This document shows, in pieces, positions 1 to 15,891 of a DNA stretch of 64,000 bases (the first letter of the stretch is position 1; each line of letters opens with the position of its first letter). The translations under genes were made by a program, and so were the position numbers. The DNA lies in NCBI GenBank assembly GCA_013239625.1, contig MU053559.1, positions 806,001 to 870,000 of the forward strand. The letters are read 5' to 3'. Source of the stretch: Lama guanicoe. Its lineage: Eukaryota. Below the pieces are notes generated by a model. It ran no database searches and had not been told where the DNA came from. It was given only the letters and a program-made list of their open reading frames with translations.

Positions 1-268
1 AATTCCAAAGGACCCAAAATGTCACCATGGCCCACCAGACAGAGTAAGGGCTTATAAAAGTGAAGTGGTCAGTGGAGTTTTAGCTCAGGTCCATCACACA
101 CAGTGGGCTCAGTGGATTCCCAAACCCATCTTGTGATTATTTGCCTGGTTCAAGATTGCATCATGGGAATTCATATACTCAACAACTGGCAGAATCCCCA
201 CACTGGTTTCCTGACCTATGGAGCAAGGGTGGGAAATACCAAGTGGAAGCCACTAGAACTGCTTCTAT
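1..268 (+). mobile_element. ERVL (class III) internal fragment, protease/pol junction
   Basis: Translates to ...THLVII..VQDCIMGIHILNNWQNPHTGFLTYG...KWKPLEL, resembling HERVL-type pro-pol. Confidence 0.7.
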
Positions 269-269
269 C

Positions 270-858
270 GAACTCTAATTCAAAAAGAGACATGCACCCC
301 AATGTTCATAGCAGCACTATTTACAATAGTCAAGACATGGGAACAACCTAAATGTCCATCGACAGATGACTGATAAAGAAGTAGTATATATGCATAATGG
401 AATGCTACTCAGCCATAAAAAAGAATAAAATAATGCCATCTGCAGCAACATGGAAGGAACTTGAGATTGTCATTCTAAGTGAAGTAAGCCAAAAAGAGAA
501 AGAAAAATACCATATGATATCACTTATATGTGCAATCTAAAAAAAAAAGACAAATGAACTTATTTACAAAACAGAAACAGACTCACAGACATAGAAAATA
601 CTTACGGTTACCAGGGGGGAAAAGGGGTAGGAAGGGATAAATTGGAAGTTCAGGATTTGCAAATCTTAACTACTATATATAAAATAGATAAACAGCAAGG
701 TCCTACTGTATAGCACAGGGAACTGTATTCAATAGCTTGTAATAGTTTATAATGAGAAAGAATATGAAAAGGAATATATATGTATAAATGAATCACTATG
801 CTGTACATCAGAAATTAACACAACACTATACATCGACTATACTTCAATTAAAAAATAC
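270..858 (+). mobile_element. 5'-truncated L1 (ORF2 end and 3'UTR)
   Basis: CACCCCAATGTTCATAGCAGCACTATTTACAATAG...GCCATAAAAAAGAAT... followed by an A-rich tail. Confidence 0.9.
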
Positions 859-859
859 C

Positions 860-1830
860 AATGAGGTATTTGCCTTCTGGAAACAAAGAGATGACAGCCT
901 GTCACCTTGCATCTTCCCTGTTTGTGCCTTCTGGGCCCATGGTGGCAGTGACATCCCTACGGGCTTCTGAACCATTTAGGAGATGGGGTCATTCATCCCT
1001 TTTCTTGAAGGATAACACATGTTCACAGCCAAATAGCTTTACCAGCCTGTTTCCTGTCTGTAGACTCCCAGAAATCCAACAGTCTTCCTTCCTTTTCTCC
1101 TGCCTCTGTCCTTTTCAGCCTAAGCTGAAGAGGGTTTCTACTGAGATGGTTGACTGGATCCACAAATCCTACACCTACTCATCTTTTTAGCAACTGGTTT
1201 TCCAGCTATCCTCTTGGTGTACACCTTCTCATAATTTGCAACATGGATAGGCTGAGAATTTTCCAAAGCTTCATACTCTAGTTTCTTTTCACTAACAATT
1301 CCTTCTCCAATTTCTCTCTTTCTGCTTCCATTTTACTAGAAGTGTCAAGGAGAAATCAAGCCTTGCCTTAAACACTTTGCTGAGAAGTCTCCTCAGCTCA
1401 AAATCCAAGTTTGTCACTTCCCAGTTCTACTTCCCACCCAAGAACACAATCCAGCCAAATTCTCTGCTGCTTTATAATAAATCACCTTCCTCACTTCCAC
1501 TGAGGCCTCACCAAAAATACCTTTAATGTTCATCTGTATTCCTACCAACAGTCTTTTTGAGGCATCCAGAACTTTCTACCAAGCACCTTAAAAATAGTTC
1601 CAGGCTCTACCCATGGCTCAATTCTAAAGCCACGTCCATGTGGGTTTTTTTGGGGGGGAGGGTTGGAAATAATTACGTTTATTTATTTAATGTTCTAATG
1701 GAGGTACTAGGGATTGAACCCAGGGCCTCGGGCATGCTAAGCATGCGCTCTACCACTTGAGCTATACCCTCCCCCACCTCCATGTTGTGTTAGGTATTTG
1801 TTACAGAGGCACCTCACTTCCCAGGACAGA
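860..1830. mobile_element. MaLR-internal-like ancient sequence, interrupted by a SINE
   Basis: Abuts an MLT1 LTR; similar sequence at about 9600-10430 also abuts an MLT LTR. Confidence 0.4.
1650..1775 (-). mobile_element. tRNA-Ala-derived SINE (vic-1-like)
   Basis: Reverse strand reads GGGTATAGCTCAAGTGGTAGAGCGCATGCTTAGCATG...GGTTCAATCCC (Pol III A and B boxes) plus AT-rich tail. Confidence 0.85.
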
Positions 1831-1835
1831 AAGCT

Positions 1836-3135
<1,300 letters not shown>

Positions 3136-3379
3136 GCCATCTTCTCTTGATGCCTTTTTTCCCCTCAACTCTAATTTAATTCCATAGTTGTCAAAATACA
3201 TACTCTGTATCATTTCAACATATGTCTACCTAGAAGAATGTTTCATGTATCCCTGGAAAGGAATGTACATTCAGCTGTTGGTGGGTATAGTGTTCTATAA
3301 TATATAAATCAACTTGGTTGTTTGTTGTTGAAATTTTGTGTCACTTTACTCATTTGTCTTATACTTGTGCAACCAATTA

Positions 3380-6300
3380 TTTGTCAAGTTTTTGGTAAAA
3401 ATTGACAAGGAGATGTTAAAGTTTATATGACTATGCAAAGGACTTAGAGCACACAAAGCAAGGTATAGCATGGAGGAGTTATACTATGTAGTGCTAAGAC
3501 TTACTATAAAACTACAATGATTCAGATAGTGTGGTATTGATAGAAGTACAGACACATATATCAATGGAACAGAATAGAGAGTCCAGAAATAAACCCATGC
3601 ACATATGGTGAATTAGTTTATGGCAAAGGAGTCAAATATATACAATGCAAAAATGACAGTCTCTTCAATAAATGGTGTTGAGAAAACTCAACAGCCACGT
3701 GCAAAAGAACGAAAACTGGATCACTATCTATACCATACACAAAAGTTAACTCAAAGCGAATTAAAGACTTGAACATAAGACCAGAAACCATACAAGTCTT
3801 AGATGAAAACATCAGTGGTAAGCTCCTTGACATAAGTCTTGGAGATGAATTTTTGGATTTGACACAAAAGCAAAGGTAACAAAAGCAAAAATAAACAAGT
3901 GGGACTATATCAAACTAAAAAGTATATGCACAGCCAAAAAAACCTTCAACAAAATGACAAGGCAGCCTAATGAATGGGAAAAAATTTGCAAAACATGTAT
4001 CTGATAAGGGGTTAATATCCAAAATATATAAAGCAGTGATACAACTCAATAGCAAAAAAACTCCAAAGAGTCTGATTTAAAAATAGGCAGAGGATCTGAA
4101 TAGACTTTTCTCCAAAGAAGACATACAGATGGTCAACAGGTACGTAAAAAGGTACTTAACATCACTAATCATCAGGGAAATGCAAATCAAAACCACAATG
4201 AGATATCACCTCATACCTGTTAGAGTGGCTATTACCAAAAAGACAAGAACTAAGTGTTAGTGAGAATAGAGAAAGGGGAACCCTGATGTACTGCTGCTGG
4301 GAATGTAAATTAGTGCAGCCACTATGGAAAACAATACGGAGGATTCTCCAAAAATTAAAAACAGAACTCGTATATGATTCAGCTCTTCCACTTCTGGGTA
4401 TCTATCTGAAGAAAATGAAAACATTAAGTTGAAAACATATATACATCCCATGTTCACTGCAGCATTATTTATAATAGCAAATATATAGAATCAACCTAAA
4501 GTAAAGAAATCAAGCAAGACAAAATTATCAAACCACAAAAAGAAAAACAAAAAGAAAAAGAAAGGAACAAAGAAGAAATACAAAATCAACTGGAAACCAA
4601 GATTTAAAATGGCAATAAACCCACATCTGTAAATAATTACCATAACTGTCAATGGACTAAACGTTCCAATCAAAACACACAGAGTGGCAGATTGGATAAC
4701 AAAATAAGAGCCTACAATATGCTGCATACAAGAGACCCACTTTAGAGTGAAGGACACACAGAAATTGAAAGTGAAATCGAAATAGCAATAAAAAACCTCC
4801 CTACAAATAAAAGTCCAGGACCGGACAGCTTCACCCGGGAATTCTACCAAACATACAAAGAAGAACTCATACCAGTCCTTCTCAAACTCTTCCAGAATAT
4901 TGAAAAGGAGGAATACTCCCAAACTCATTCTATGAAGCCACCATCACCCTGATACCAAAACCAGGCAAAGACACTACAAAAAAAGAGAATTATAGGACAA
5001 TATCACTGATGAACATAGATGCAAAAATCCTCACCAAAATATTAGCAAATAGAATCAACAACACATAGAAAAGATTATACATCATGACCAAGTGGGGTTC
5101 ATCCCAGGGACACAAGGCTGGTTCAACATATGCAAATCAATCAATGTAATACATCACATCAACAAGAGAAAGGACAAAAACCACATGATCATCTCAATCG
5201 ATGCAGAAAAAGCATTTGATAAAATTCAACATCCATTTATGATAAAAACTCTCACCAAAGTGGGTATAGAGGGAACATATCTCAACATAATAAAAGCTAT
5301 ATATGACAAACCTACAGCCAGCATAGTACTCAACGGTGAAAACCTCAAAAGCTTCCCACTAAAATCTGGGACAAGACAAGGATGCCCATATCACCACTCC
5401 TACTCAACATAGTCTTGGAAGTACTAGCCACAACAGTCAGGCAAGAGAGAGAAATAAAACGGATCCAAATTGGAAAAGAAGAGGTAAAAGTGTCACTATA
5501 TGCTGATGACATGTTACTATATATAGAAAACCCTAAAAGGTCCACACAAAAGCTACTAGAGCTGATTGAAGAATTCAGCAAGTTAGCAGGTTACAAAATT
5601 AATGTTCAAAAATCAGTTGCATTTCTTTACACTAACGATAAATCAACAGAAAAAGAAAGTAAAGAAACAATCCCCTTTAAAATAGCACCCAAAGTAATAA
5701 AATATCTGGGAATAAATCTAACCAAGGAGGTGAAAGAATTATACACAGAAAACTATAAACCATTGATGAAGGAAATTAAAGAAGACTTTAAAAAATGGAA
5801 AGATATTCCATGCTCTTGGATTGGAAGAATCAATATTGTTAAAATGGTCACACTGCCCAAGGCAATCTACAGATTTAATGCAATCCCTATCCAATTACCC
5901 AGGACATATTTCACAGAACTAGAACAAATCATAATAAAATTTATATGGAACCATCAAAGACCTAGAATTGCTAAAGCATTACTGAAGAGAAAGAAAGAGG
6001 CTGGAGGAATAACTCTCCCAGACTTCAGACAATACTATAGAGCTACAGTCATCAAGACAGCATGGTATTGGTACCAAAACAGACATATAGACCAATGGAA
6101 CAGAATAGAGAGCCCAGAAATGAACCCACAAACTTTTGGTCAACTCATCTTCGACAAAGGAGGCAAGAATATACAATGGAATAAAGACAGTCTCTTCAGC
6201 AAATGGTGTTGGGAAAACTGGACAGCAGCATGTAAAACAATGAAGCTAGAACACACCCTTACACCATATACAAAAATCAACTCAAAATGGATTAAAGACT

Positions 6301-8190
6301 TAAACATAAGACAAGATACAATAAACCTCCTAGAGGAAAACATAGGCAAAACATTATCTGACATACATTTCAAAAATTTTCTCCTAGAAGAAATAAAAGC
6401 AAGAATAAACAAATGGGACCTAATGAAACTTACAAGCTTCTGCAGAGCAAAGGAAACCAGAAATAAAACAAGAAGAAAACCTACGGAATGGGAGAAAATT
6501 TTTGCAAGTGAAACCGACAAAGGCTTGATCTCCAAAATATATAAGCAGCTCATACGACTCAATAAGAAAAAAATAAACAACCCAATCCAAAAATGGGCAG
6601 AAGACCTAAACAAGCAATTCTCCAAGGAAGACATACAAATGATCAAAAAGCACATGAAAAAATGTTCAATATCACTAATTATCAGAGAAATGCAAATCAA
6701 AACTACAATGAGGTATCACCTCACACCAGTCAGAATGGCCGTCATTCAAAAATCCAAAAATGACAAATGCTGGAGAGGCTGTGGAGAAAGGGGAACCCTC
6801 CTACACTGCTGGTGGGAATGCAGTTTGGTGCAGCCACTATGGAAAACAGTGTGGAGATTCCTCAAAAGACTAGGAATAGACTTACCATATGACCCAGGAA
6901 TCCCACTCCTGGGCTTGTACCCAGAAGGAAATCTACTTCAGGATGACACCTGCACCCCAATGTTCATAGCAGCACTATTTACAATAGCCAAAACATGGAA
7001 ACAGCCTAAATGTCCATCAACAGGTGACTGGATAAAGAAGAGGTGGTATATTTATACAATGGAATACTACTCAGCCATAAAAACCGACAACATAATGCCA
7101 TTTGCAGCAACATGGATGCTCCTAGAGAATGTCATTCTAAGTGAAGTAAGCCAGAAAGAGAAAGAAAAATACCATATGAGATCGCTCATATGTGGAATCT
7201 AAAAAACAAAAACAAACAAACAAACAAAAACAAAGCATAAATACAGGACAGAAATAGACTCATGGACAGAGAATACAGACTTGTGGTTACCAGGGGGGTA
7301 GAGGGTGGGAAGGGATAGACTGGGATTTCAAAATTGTAGAATAGATAAACAAGATTATACTGTATAGCACAGGGAAATATATACAATATCTTATGGTAGC
7401 TCACAGAGAAAAAAATGTGACAATGGTATATATATGTTCACGTATAACTGAAAAAATGTGTTCTACACTGGAATTTGACACAACATTGTAAAATGATTAT
7501 AAATCAATTAAAAATGTTAAAAAAGAATTGAGAGGATGGAAAAAGATATTTCATGCAAATGGAAATGACAAGAAAGCAATACTCATATCAGACAAAATAG
7601 ATTTAAGGGCCATAAAGAAAGATAAAATAGAATCAACCTAAGCATTCATCAGTGGAAAATGGATAAAGAAAATGTGGTACATATGTACAATGGATTATTA
7701 TTCAGACATAGAAAGAAGGAAATCTTGCCATTTGCAACAATATGGATGAACCTTGAGGGCATTATGCTAAGTGAAATAAGTCAGACTAAGACAAATACCA
7801 TATGATCTCACTTATACATGGAATCTAAGAAAAACAAACAAAAAGTAGCTCATAGATACAGAGAACAGTTGGTGGTTGCCAGAGGCAGGAGTGGGTGGTG
7901 GGTGAAATAGGTGAGGGGATCAAAAGGTATGAACTTCCAGTTATAGAATGAATAAGTCATGGAGATGTAATACACAGCATGGTGTCTATAGTTAATGATA
8001 CTCTATTCCATATTTGAAAATTGCTAAGAAAGTAAATCTTGAAAGTTCTTATCACAAGAAAAAAATTTTGTAATTACGTATGGTAATGGGTGTTAGCTAG
8101 ACTTATTGTGCTGATCATTTCACAATATATACAATATTGAATCATCATGCTGTACACACAAAACTAATATAATGTTACATGTCAATAAAA
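3380..8190 (+). mobile_element. Older L1 (ORF2 3' part and 3'UTR) split by an insertion at 4500-7626
   Basis: Degraded ORF2 at 3380-4499 resumes at 7627; TSD ATAGAATCAACCTAA at 4485-4499 and 7627-7641. Confidence 0.8.
4771..7525 (+). mobile_element. Young 5'-truncated L1 with the RT and C-terminal part of ORF2 (606-aa ORF at 5382-7202)
   Basis: GTRQG, YADD RT motif, C-terminal CWRGCGE..HCWWEC; frameshifts upstream of 5390; 3'UTR and A tail. Confidence 0.95.
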
Positions 8191-8720
8191 AATAACCAAG
8201 TGAAAAGTCTAGAACTGAAAAATATAATCTGAAACTAAACAACTTACTAGATGGGCTTAACAGCAGAAAGAGATAATGAACATCAAGACAGATCAACAGA
8301 AATTGCCCAGTCTGAAAAGCAGAGAGAAAAAATTTTTTAAAAAAGAACAGTCTCAGGGATGGATAAGACAATATCAAAAGATCTAACATACATGTAACTG
8401 GAGGCCCAGAAGGAGAGGAGAAAGATATTTTTAAAAATAATAGGCAGAAACTTCCAAAATATGGTAAAAGATATAAATTTACAAGATTCAAGATACCTGG
8501 CAAACCCCAAGCAGGATAAATCCACAGAAAACCATCCTATGCACACTGTAGTCAAACTAATGAAAACCAAAGAAGAAAAGAGCTTGGAAGTAGCTAGAAA
8601 AAAACAAAACAAAACAAAAAATGGCATACTATATACACAGGAACAGTGATTAAAATGACCACTCACTGCTCAGCAGAAGAAATGGAGGTCAAAATACAGA
8701 ATACAAAATACAAAAATTTT
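8190..8720 (+). mobile_element. Ancient L1 ORF1 fragment
   Basis: Degraded ORF1-like sequence (..ATATCAAAAGATCTAACATACATGTAACTGGAG.CCCAGAAGGAG..). Confidence 0.65.
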
Positions 8721-8939
8721 ACATGCTGAAGAAAGTAAGGGTTATCTGGCTGGGCAAAGTTAGGAGTTCCTTGATTAGGTCTCAAGGCCTAGGAATAATT
8801 CTTCATGGCTTTTGGCTCTACCCTCTGTGTTTTTGGTCCCAACTCATGAGCCATCTTTCCTATTTCATGAAAAGATGAAAGGTAGCATTTCATGAAAGGT
8901 AGTAGAAGAGTTTTCTCATTCGGCTTCATGCCAGCAGAA

Positions 8940-9579
8940 TTTTTTTTAACATTTTTTATTGATTTATAATCATTTTACAATGTTGTGTCAAATTCCAGTG
9001 TTCAGAACAATTTTTCAGTCATTCATGGACATATACACACTCATTGTCACATTTTTTTCTCTGTGAGTTATCATAACATTTTGTGTATATTTCCCTGTGC
9101 TATACAGTGTAATCTTGTTTATCTATTCTACAATTTTGAAATCCCAGTCTATCCCTTCCCACCCTCCACCCCCCTGGTAACCACAAGTCTGTATTCTCTG
9201 TCCATGAGTCTTTAGATTCCACATATGAGTGATCTCATATGGTATTTTTCTTTCTCTTTCTGGCTTACTTCACTTAGAATGACATTCTCTAGGAGCATCC
9301 ATGTTGCTGCAAATGGCGTTATGTTGTCAGTTTTTATGGCTGAGTAGTATTCCAATGTATAAATATACCACATCTTCTTTATCCAGTCACCTGTTGATGG
9401 ACATTTAGGCTGTTTCCATGTTTTGGCTATTGTAAATAGTGCTGCTATGAACATTGGAGTGCAGGTGTCATCCTGAAGTAGATTTCCTTCTGGATACAAG
9501 CCCAGGAGTGGGATTCCTGGGTCATATGGTAAGTCTATTCCTAGTCTTTTAAGGAATCTCCACACTGTTTTCCATAGTG
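8940..9579 (-). mobile_element. Young L1 3' fragment, same subfamily as 4771-7525
   Basis: 117-aa ORF nearly identical to the ORF2 C-terminus at 6850-7202; TSD CATGCCAGCAGAATTT on both sides. Confidence 0.95.
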
Positions 9580-10429
9580 CATGCCAGCAGAATTTTGAAG
9601 GTTCAACATCTTCTTTCCATTTTTGTACTGTCTCTGTTCTTTCAGTCTAAGGTGGTAGTGTTTCTGCTCATATAGTTTGCTCTAAAATTTTATGAGGTGT
9701 CTGTTAATCTCATTGGGTTCACTCTCCTAGACAAAAACTGTGCACCCACAGACCTCTTTAAGGTAAGCTATTCTCTACCTTGGACTCTTGCTGAAATGGC
9801 TGAGGGACTGAGAAGATCTATGATGTACCCTTAATATTTTCATAGGAGTTGTGTGCAGCTGAATGCTCTGATCCTCTGATCATTCTGAGGTCTTAACAAA
9901 AGGTTGTATAGTCACACTTTTGCTTTATTTCTAAACCATATTTTCCTGATAGTGTTTCAAAGCCATCTTAATTTTAGAATCTTGTGCTATCTTAGAGGCT
10001 AATAATTTTTAAAACTATCAAGTCTTGGATCCTTTGTGTTTAACAGTCTGTCTCTCTATTTATCTCCTTTTACATTTTGCTAAAAGCAAGAAGAACTAGG
10101 TGCCTTCAGCACTTTTCTTGGAAGTGTCAGATAGATCACTAAGCTCATTAAGCACAATGCTCTACTTTCCACGTAACTGTAGAAGATCGTGTTGCTAAGG
10201 TTCTATCACACAGGATTTTCCAGTTTCCAAACCATGTTCTTCACTTCCTTTTGAACCTTCAGCAGCAGCATCCTAAAGTCCAAATTTCTACTAAATAGTC
10301 TGTTCAAGCAATTTAGGATTTCTCTAACATGCTCCTTAAAATCCTTCCAGCTGCCACCCATATCCCATTTGAAAGATAATCCATTTTGAGGTATTTGTTA
10401 TGACAACACCCTATTCCCAGTACCAAAAT

Positions 10430-11020
10430 CTGTGTGTTTTTTATTTGATGCATACATAGCAAATTACCCTAAAATTTAGTGAGTTACAACAATATCTATT
10501 ATCTCGCAGTGGGTCAGGAGTTCAGGTGTGGCTTAGCCAGATCCTCTCACTCAGGGTCTCTCACTAGGCTGCAATCACGGTGTTGGCAGGGGCTATGTTC
10601 TTCTTGAACATTGACTTGGAATGACCCACTTCCAGGCTCAGTCAAGTAGTTGTTGGTAAGATTTAGTTTCTCGAGGACTATTGTGCTGAGTGATTCATTT
10701 CCTCACTGATTGCTGGCCAGAGGCTGCTCTCAGTCCCTTACCATGCAGATCTCTCAACAAGGAAGTTCACAACATGGCAGCTGGCTTCACTGGAGCAAGC
10801 AAGCGAGAAGAGCAAGATAGAGTGCCAGCAAGATAGAAGTTAGTCTTTTATAATCTAATCTTGTAAGTGCCATCCCATCACTGTTGCCATATTCTATTTC
10901 TTAGAAGCAAGTCACTAGGTCCAGCTGACACACAAATAGGAGTGAATTACACAAGGGTATGAATACCAAGAAGTGGGGATCACTGAGAGCCAACTTAGAA
11001 GGCTGCCTACTATAACAACA
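10430..11020 (-). mobile_element. MLT1E/F-like MaLR LTR
   Basis: Typical MLT1 text (..GGGTCAGGA.TTCAGG..TGGCTTAGC..; AAGCAAGTCACTAGGTCCAGC; GAATACCAAGAAGTGGGGATCACTG). Confidence 0.7.
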
Positions 11021-12345
11021 TACCAAAATTTGCATGAAGAAGATAGAGATAAATTTAGAAGTAAATTTTAGCTTTAAATGCTTATATTAGAAAAGATTCT
11101 AAAATCAATGACCTAAACTTTAACCTCAAGGAGCTAGAAAATAAAAGACCAAATCAACCCAAAGAAAGTAAAAGAAAAGAACTAGCAAAGACCACAAAAT
11201 TAATGAACTAGAAAGCAAGTGATAGAACAAGTTAACAGAAAAATTCATTCAAGTGGGATTATAGACCTAAATATAAAAACTAAATGCCCTAGAAGAAAAC
11301 ATAGGAGACTATCTTTGCAATGCTGGGACAAGCAAAGATTTCTTGACATAGTACAAAAAGCAATAGCTATAAAAGAAAATTTTGATAAATGGGACTTTAT
11401 CAAAGTCAAAACTTCTGCTCATCAAAAGATGCCATTAAGAAAACAAAAAGTCAAGACAGACTGGGAGAAAATATTTGCAATACACATACAAAAGACCTAG
11501 CTTGAGAATGGATAAAGAACTCCTACAAAGCAAAAAGAAAAACACACATAACCCAATTTTTTAAATGGAGGAAATATTTGAACAGACACACACAAAAAGA
11601 CATACAAATGGCCTATGAAGCATATGAAGAGATGTACAACATCATTCATTAGTTATAAGGGAAATGCAATTTAAACTAGGCTGAGATGGCACTATACACT
11701 CACTTTCAAAGCTAAAATTAAAAACAAACTGAAAAATTGCTAGTGGAGATGCCAAACTGAACTATCACTTTAGAAACCTGTTTGGCAGTTTCTAACAAAG
11801 TTAAGCATACACCAGTCTATAATCTAGCTGGAATTCCATTCCTTGGTAGTTTAAAAAAAATGACGACAATACATCCTCAGAAAAAATTCACAAGAATGTT
11901 TATACCAGGTTTCATCACGATAAGCTAGAAACATTCCAAATGTTCATCACCAAGTAAATGCAAAAAAATAGTATATTCATACAATGCAATAGTCAGCAAT
12001 AAAAATGAAAGAGATACTGGTAGACACAACAACCTGGATGCCTCTCAAAAATATTCTGTTATTTTATAAATAGATGCCAAACACAGAGCTAAACACAAAC
12101 CCCATGATTCTTGTCTATATGACAATCAAGGACTGGCAGAGCTAATCTAAAAGGATTAAAAATATTAACAATGGTTGCCTAGAGGGAGGATATTGACTCA
12201 TCAAGAGAGAACTTTCAAGGGTGATAGGTATGTTCTACATTTTAATCTGGATGATGGGTATATTTTATTTGTCAAAATTCATCAAACTATATATTTAAGA
12301 TCTGGGTAATTCAATGTATTGCAAATATAACTCAGTTTCAAAAAC
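11020..12345 (+). mobile_element. Ancient L1 (L1MC/ME-like) ORF2 and 3' fragments
   Basis: Degraded ORF2 peptide (ENFDKWDFIKVK..DWEKIFAIH). Confidence 0.75.
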
Positions 12346-12914
12346 AAAGTTCACATTAGAAATATATGCAGGGTACACTGTGGGCCGCAAAGAGAAAACA
12401 GTCAATTCCACTGGGGATGCAGGTTTAGGGTCTGCAGAGATGGTATAGTTTAAATGGAATCCTGGAAAAAAATAAGTGTGATGGTAAGTGGGGTAAAATA
12501 TTTTCCAGAAAAGACAAAGAGACTGGTCTGGAGACAGGAAAATACATAGTAATTAAGGAAAGAGCAAATTGCTCTGTGAAAAGGAGAGAAGGTTATGTGA
12601 TATGTCAAGGAGGCAATTATGAGGAAACAATAATCCAAGGAAGTATGCTGGAGTCTGACTGTGAAAATAACATGAATTCTTTTAGTAATAGATAACCACT
12701 GACGTGTTTTATATATTGGGAAAAAGATATTACTTGAGTTTTATTAAAATGACTATCCTTTCTCTAACTACTGCATTTCAGTATATACAAATAGTTCATT
12801 ATGGAAATTTATTCTTTCAGAAGTTCTTCAGCTAATAAATGTTATAAAAGCAAGTATCACCAATGGCTGCCAAAATCACTGGGTGAAATACTGAAGGGAC
12901 TTTATAATCTTTGG

Positions 12915-13690
12915 TTACACCCTCCTATACTGTTGGTGGGAATGTAGTTTAGTGCAGCTACTATGAAAAAGAGTATGGACATTCCTTTAAAAACTAAAAA
13001 CAGACTTACCATATGATCCAGCAATCCCACTCCTGGGCATATAGCCAGAGAAAACTCAAATTCGAAAAGATACATAGACCCCAGTGTTCATAACAACACT
13101 ATTTACAATAGCCAAGATACGGAAGCAACCTAAATGTCCATCAACAGATGACTGGATAAAGAAGTTGTGGTATATATGCACAATGGAATATTACTCAGCC
13201 ATAAAAAAGAATAAAATAATGCCACTTGCAAGCAACATGGACGGACCTGGAGATTGTCATTCTAAGTGAAGTAAGCCAGAAAGAGAAAGAAAAATATCAT
13301 ATGATACGAGAAAGAAAAATACCATATGATATCACTTATATGTGGAATCTAAAAAAAAAAAAGACAAATAAACTTCTTTACAAAACAGAAACAGACTCAC
13401 AGACATAGAAAACAAACTTATGGTTACCAGGGTGGGAAGCAAGTGGGAAGGGATAAATTGGGAGCTCGAGATTTGCAGATACTAACTAATATATATAAAA
13501 TAGATAAATAACAAGTTCATACTGTATAACACAGGGTATGTTCAAGATATGTTCAATATCTTATAGTAACTTAAGGTGAAAAAGAATATTAAAACAAATA
13601 TATGTATGTTCATGTATGACTGAAGCATTATGCTTCAGAAATTGACACAACATTGTAAACTGACTCTACTTCAATAAAAATGTATAAAAT
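12915..13690 (+). mobile_element. L1 3' end
   Basis: ORF2 C-terminal peptide ([22 protein letters not shown]), 3'UTR, AATAAA. Confidence 0.9.
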
Positions 13691-14049
13691 ATGAAATGAT
13701 AATGATGTCAAAGGGATGACATAAGGGGGAGAAAAAGAACTAGGAAAACCAGGGATAACTTAAAATGGGAATTCACCCTCTAAAACTCCCATACTTCCAA
13801 TAAGGAAGGAAGGTAAAATTTGATGAAGACAGACAACCATTATATATTCATACAAGAGCTCAGAGAAGTAAATAAAGCTGTTGCTCCATTAACACCTGGA
13901 GTTCCGAACCCTACAACTATTCTGACTTTGGTACCATAGTCTGCAAAATTTTCCTCTGTAGTTTATTAGTATTTTGCTCTTTTTTTTAAATGTTTCTCTA
14001 GCTAATGAGTCTAAATTCTTGTTTGATTTTACTTATTAAGGACTTCAGT

Positions 14050-14452
14050 ATTTTTTTCTTTATTGAGCTATAGTCAGTTTACAATGTGTTAATTTCTGGT
14101 GTACAGCATAGTCATTCAGATTTATATATATATATATATTCCTTTTCATATTCTTTTTCATTATAGGCCATTACAAGGTATTAAATACAGTTCCCTGTGC
14201 TATACAGTAGGACCTTGTTGTTTATCTATTTCATATAATAGTTTCTATCTGCAAATCCCGAACTCCCAATTTATTCCTCCCCACCTCTCCCCCTCGGTAA
14301 CCATAAGTTTGTTTCCTATGTCTGTGAGTCTGTTTCTGTTTTGTAAATAAGTTCATTTGTGTCTTTCTTCTTTTTAGATTCCAAATACAAGTGATATCAC
14401 ATGGTATTTTTCTTTCTCTTTCTGGCTTACTTCACTTAGAATGATGGCCTCC
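14050..14452 (-). mobile_element. L1 3' end inserted in the ERV RT
   Basis: Reverse complement of an L1 3'UTR that interrupts RT between ..FTY.GLQ and ..GFRDS. Confidence 0.85.
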
Positions 14453-15891
14453 AGAGGACTCCCTTCATGGCAAAGGATTCCTCATGGGTTTCAGGACTCT
14501 CATTTTCTCTAGTCATTCACAGGAAACAGGGAAATGCGTCCCACGAGAGGGATCTATAATTATTGAATATGTAGATGATTTGCTGGTTTCCTCCATAACT
14601 GAAGAGTAATGCAAAAACCTGGTATTTTGGCTTTGTTAACATTCCTTGCTTCAGTGGGGCATAAGGCCTCCCCAGACAAATTCTAGTATTGCCAAACTGA
14701 AGTAAAATATTTATGGTATCTGTTGTTGGGTAAGGCAGGAAATTTAGCGGATGAAAGGGCCGACAACAATAAAACAACCTAGACACCTTGGGGCGCTAGG
14801 AGGGTACTGCGGGCAGCGGGTCCCAGCTTCTGTAGAGAAGGCAAAGCCTTGGGTGAAGCATGTGTCTGGTGATTCTCCAGAGCCTCTGACTTGGTCCCTG
14901 GAATTGGAAGAGGCTTGTGAACAGCTGAAACTGGCTACAGTCTCTCCCTCAGCTTTGGGGCTTTGAAATATTGAAAAACTTTCCCAATTGTTTTGTCATG
15001 AAAATAAAGGTGCTGTTCATGGAATTTTAACTCAAAAGGTGGGGTTAGACTACAGACCAGTAGCACATCTCTCAGTTCTTTGGGATGTTGTGGCACTGGG
15101 AGTGCCTGGATGCCTCCAAGTGGTGGCAGGAGCCATGCTGGGCCAGATATCTTATGTGCCTACAACTCGGCATCTATCGGCATGCCATCTGACTAACTAT
15201 GAACAAGCATTTCTATCCAATCCTTGTCTTGTACTTGGAAGATGCGATCTCTGAAACCCTGCTACTCTTTTACCAGATCCTGACCAAATAGATGATCACG
15301 AGTATGCAATGGTAGTAGCAGAAGACAGTAGGCAGCAACCAGATTTTTCTGATATTCCTGTTCAAAATGCACACTTGATGATGTTTACTAATGCGTCATA
15401 TACCCGGATGAAAAGGGTCATCTTGAGGCTTCAGACACTGGTGACTGCTCAGGAAATCTTGGAACCTTACATTTTGCCTGGAATTAAATCAGTACTAGCA
15501 GCCAAATGAATAGCAATTCTAGGGTCCAAATCTTGGTTCAGGACTTTAAGTGAATCTATATGCTGAGAGTAAAAATGTGTTTGGTGTCTACTGTGTAATG
15601 GGGCAAATTTGAAACAATAGGGGATCCCTGACTTCATTGGGAACTAAAATATCATAGAAAATTAACATCCAAGTTGTTAGTAGCTTCACAACTATCTGCT
15701 CAGCTATCAGTAATCCATTGTAGAGTCCACATAGGGCAGAATGACCAAATTTCTAAGGGCAATGATTTCACTGACAGAGCTGCAAAACTCACTGTTAAGA
15801 CGCAGCCAACTCAACTTAGAAGCCCCATTTCTAATACAACAGGAAACTTTCATTCTGTTTTAAATAACCGGCCTTCTAAAAGGAAATGGAC

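Noticed and set aside
5382..7202. Longest ORF (606 aa) as a host gene or active element
   Set aside because: It is the L1 ORF2 RT/C-terminal part of a 5'-truncated, frameshifted copy
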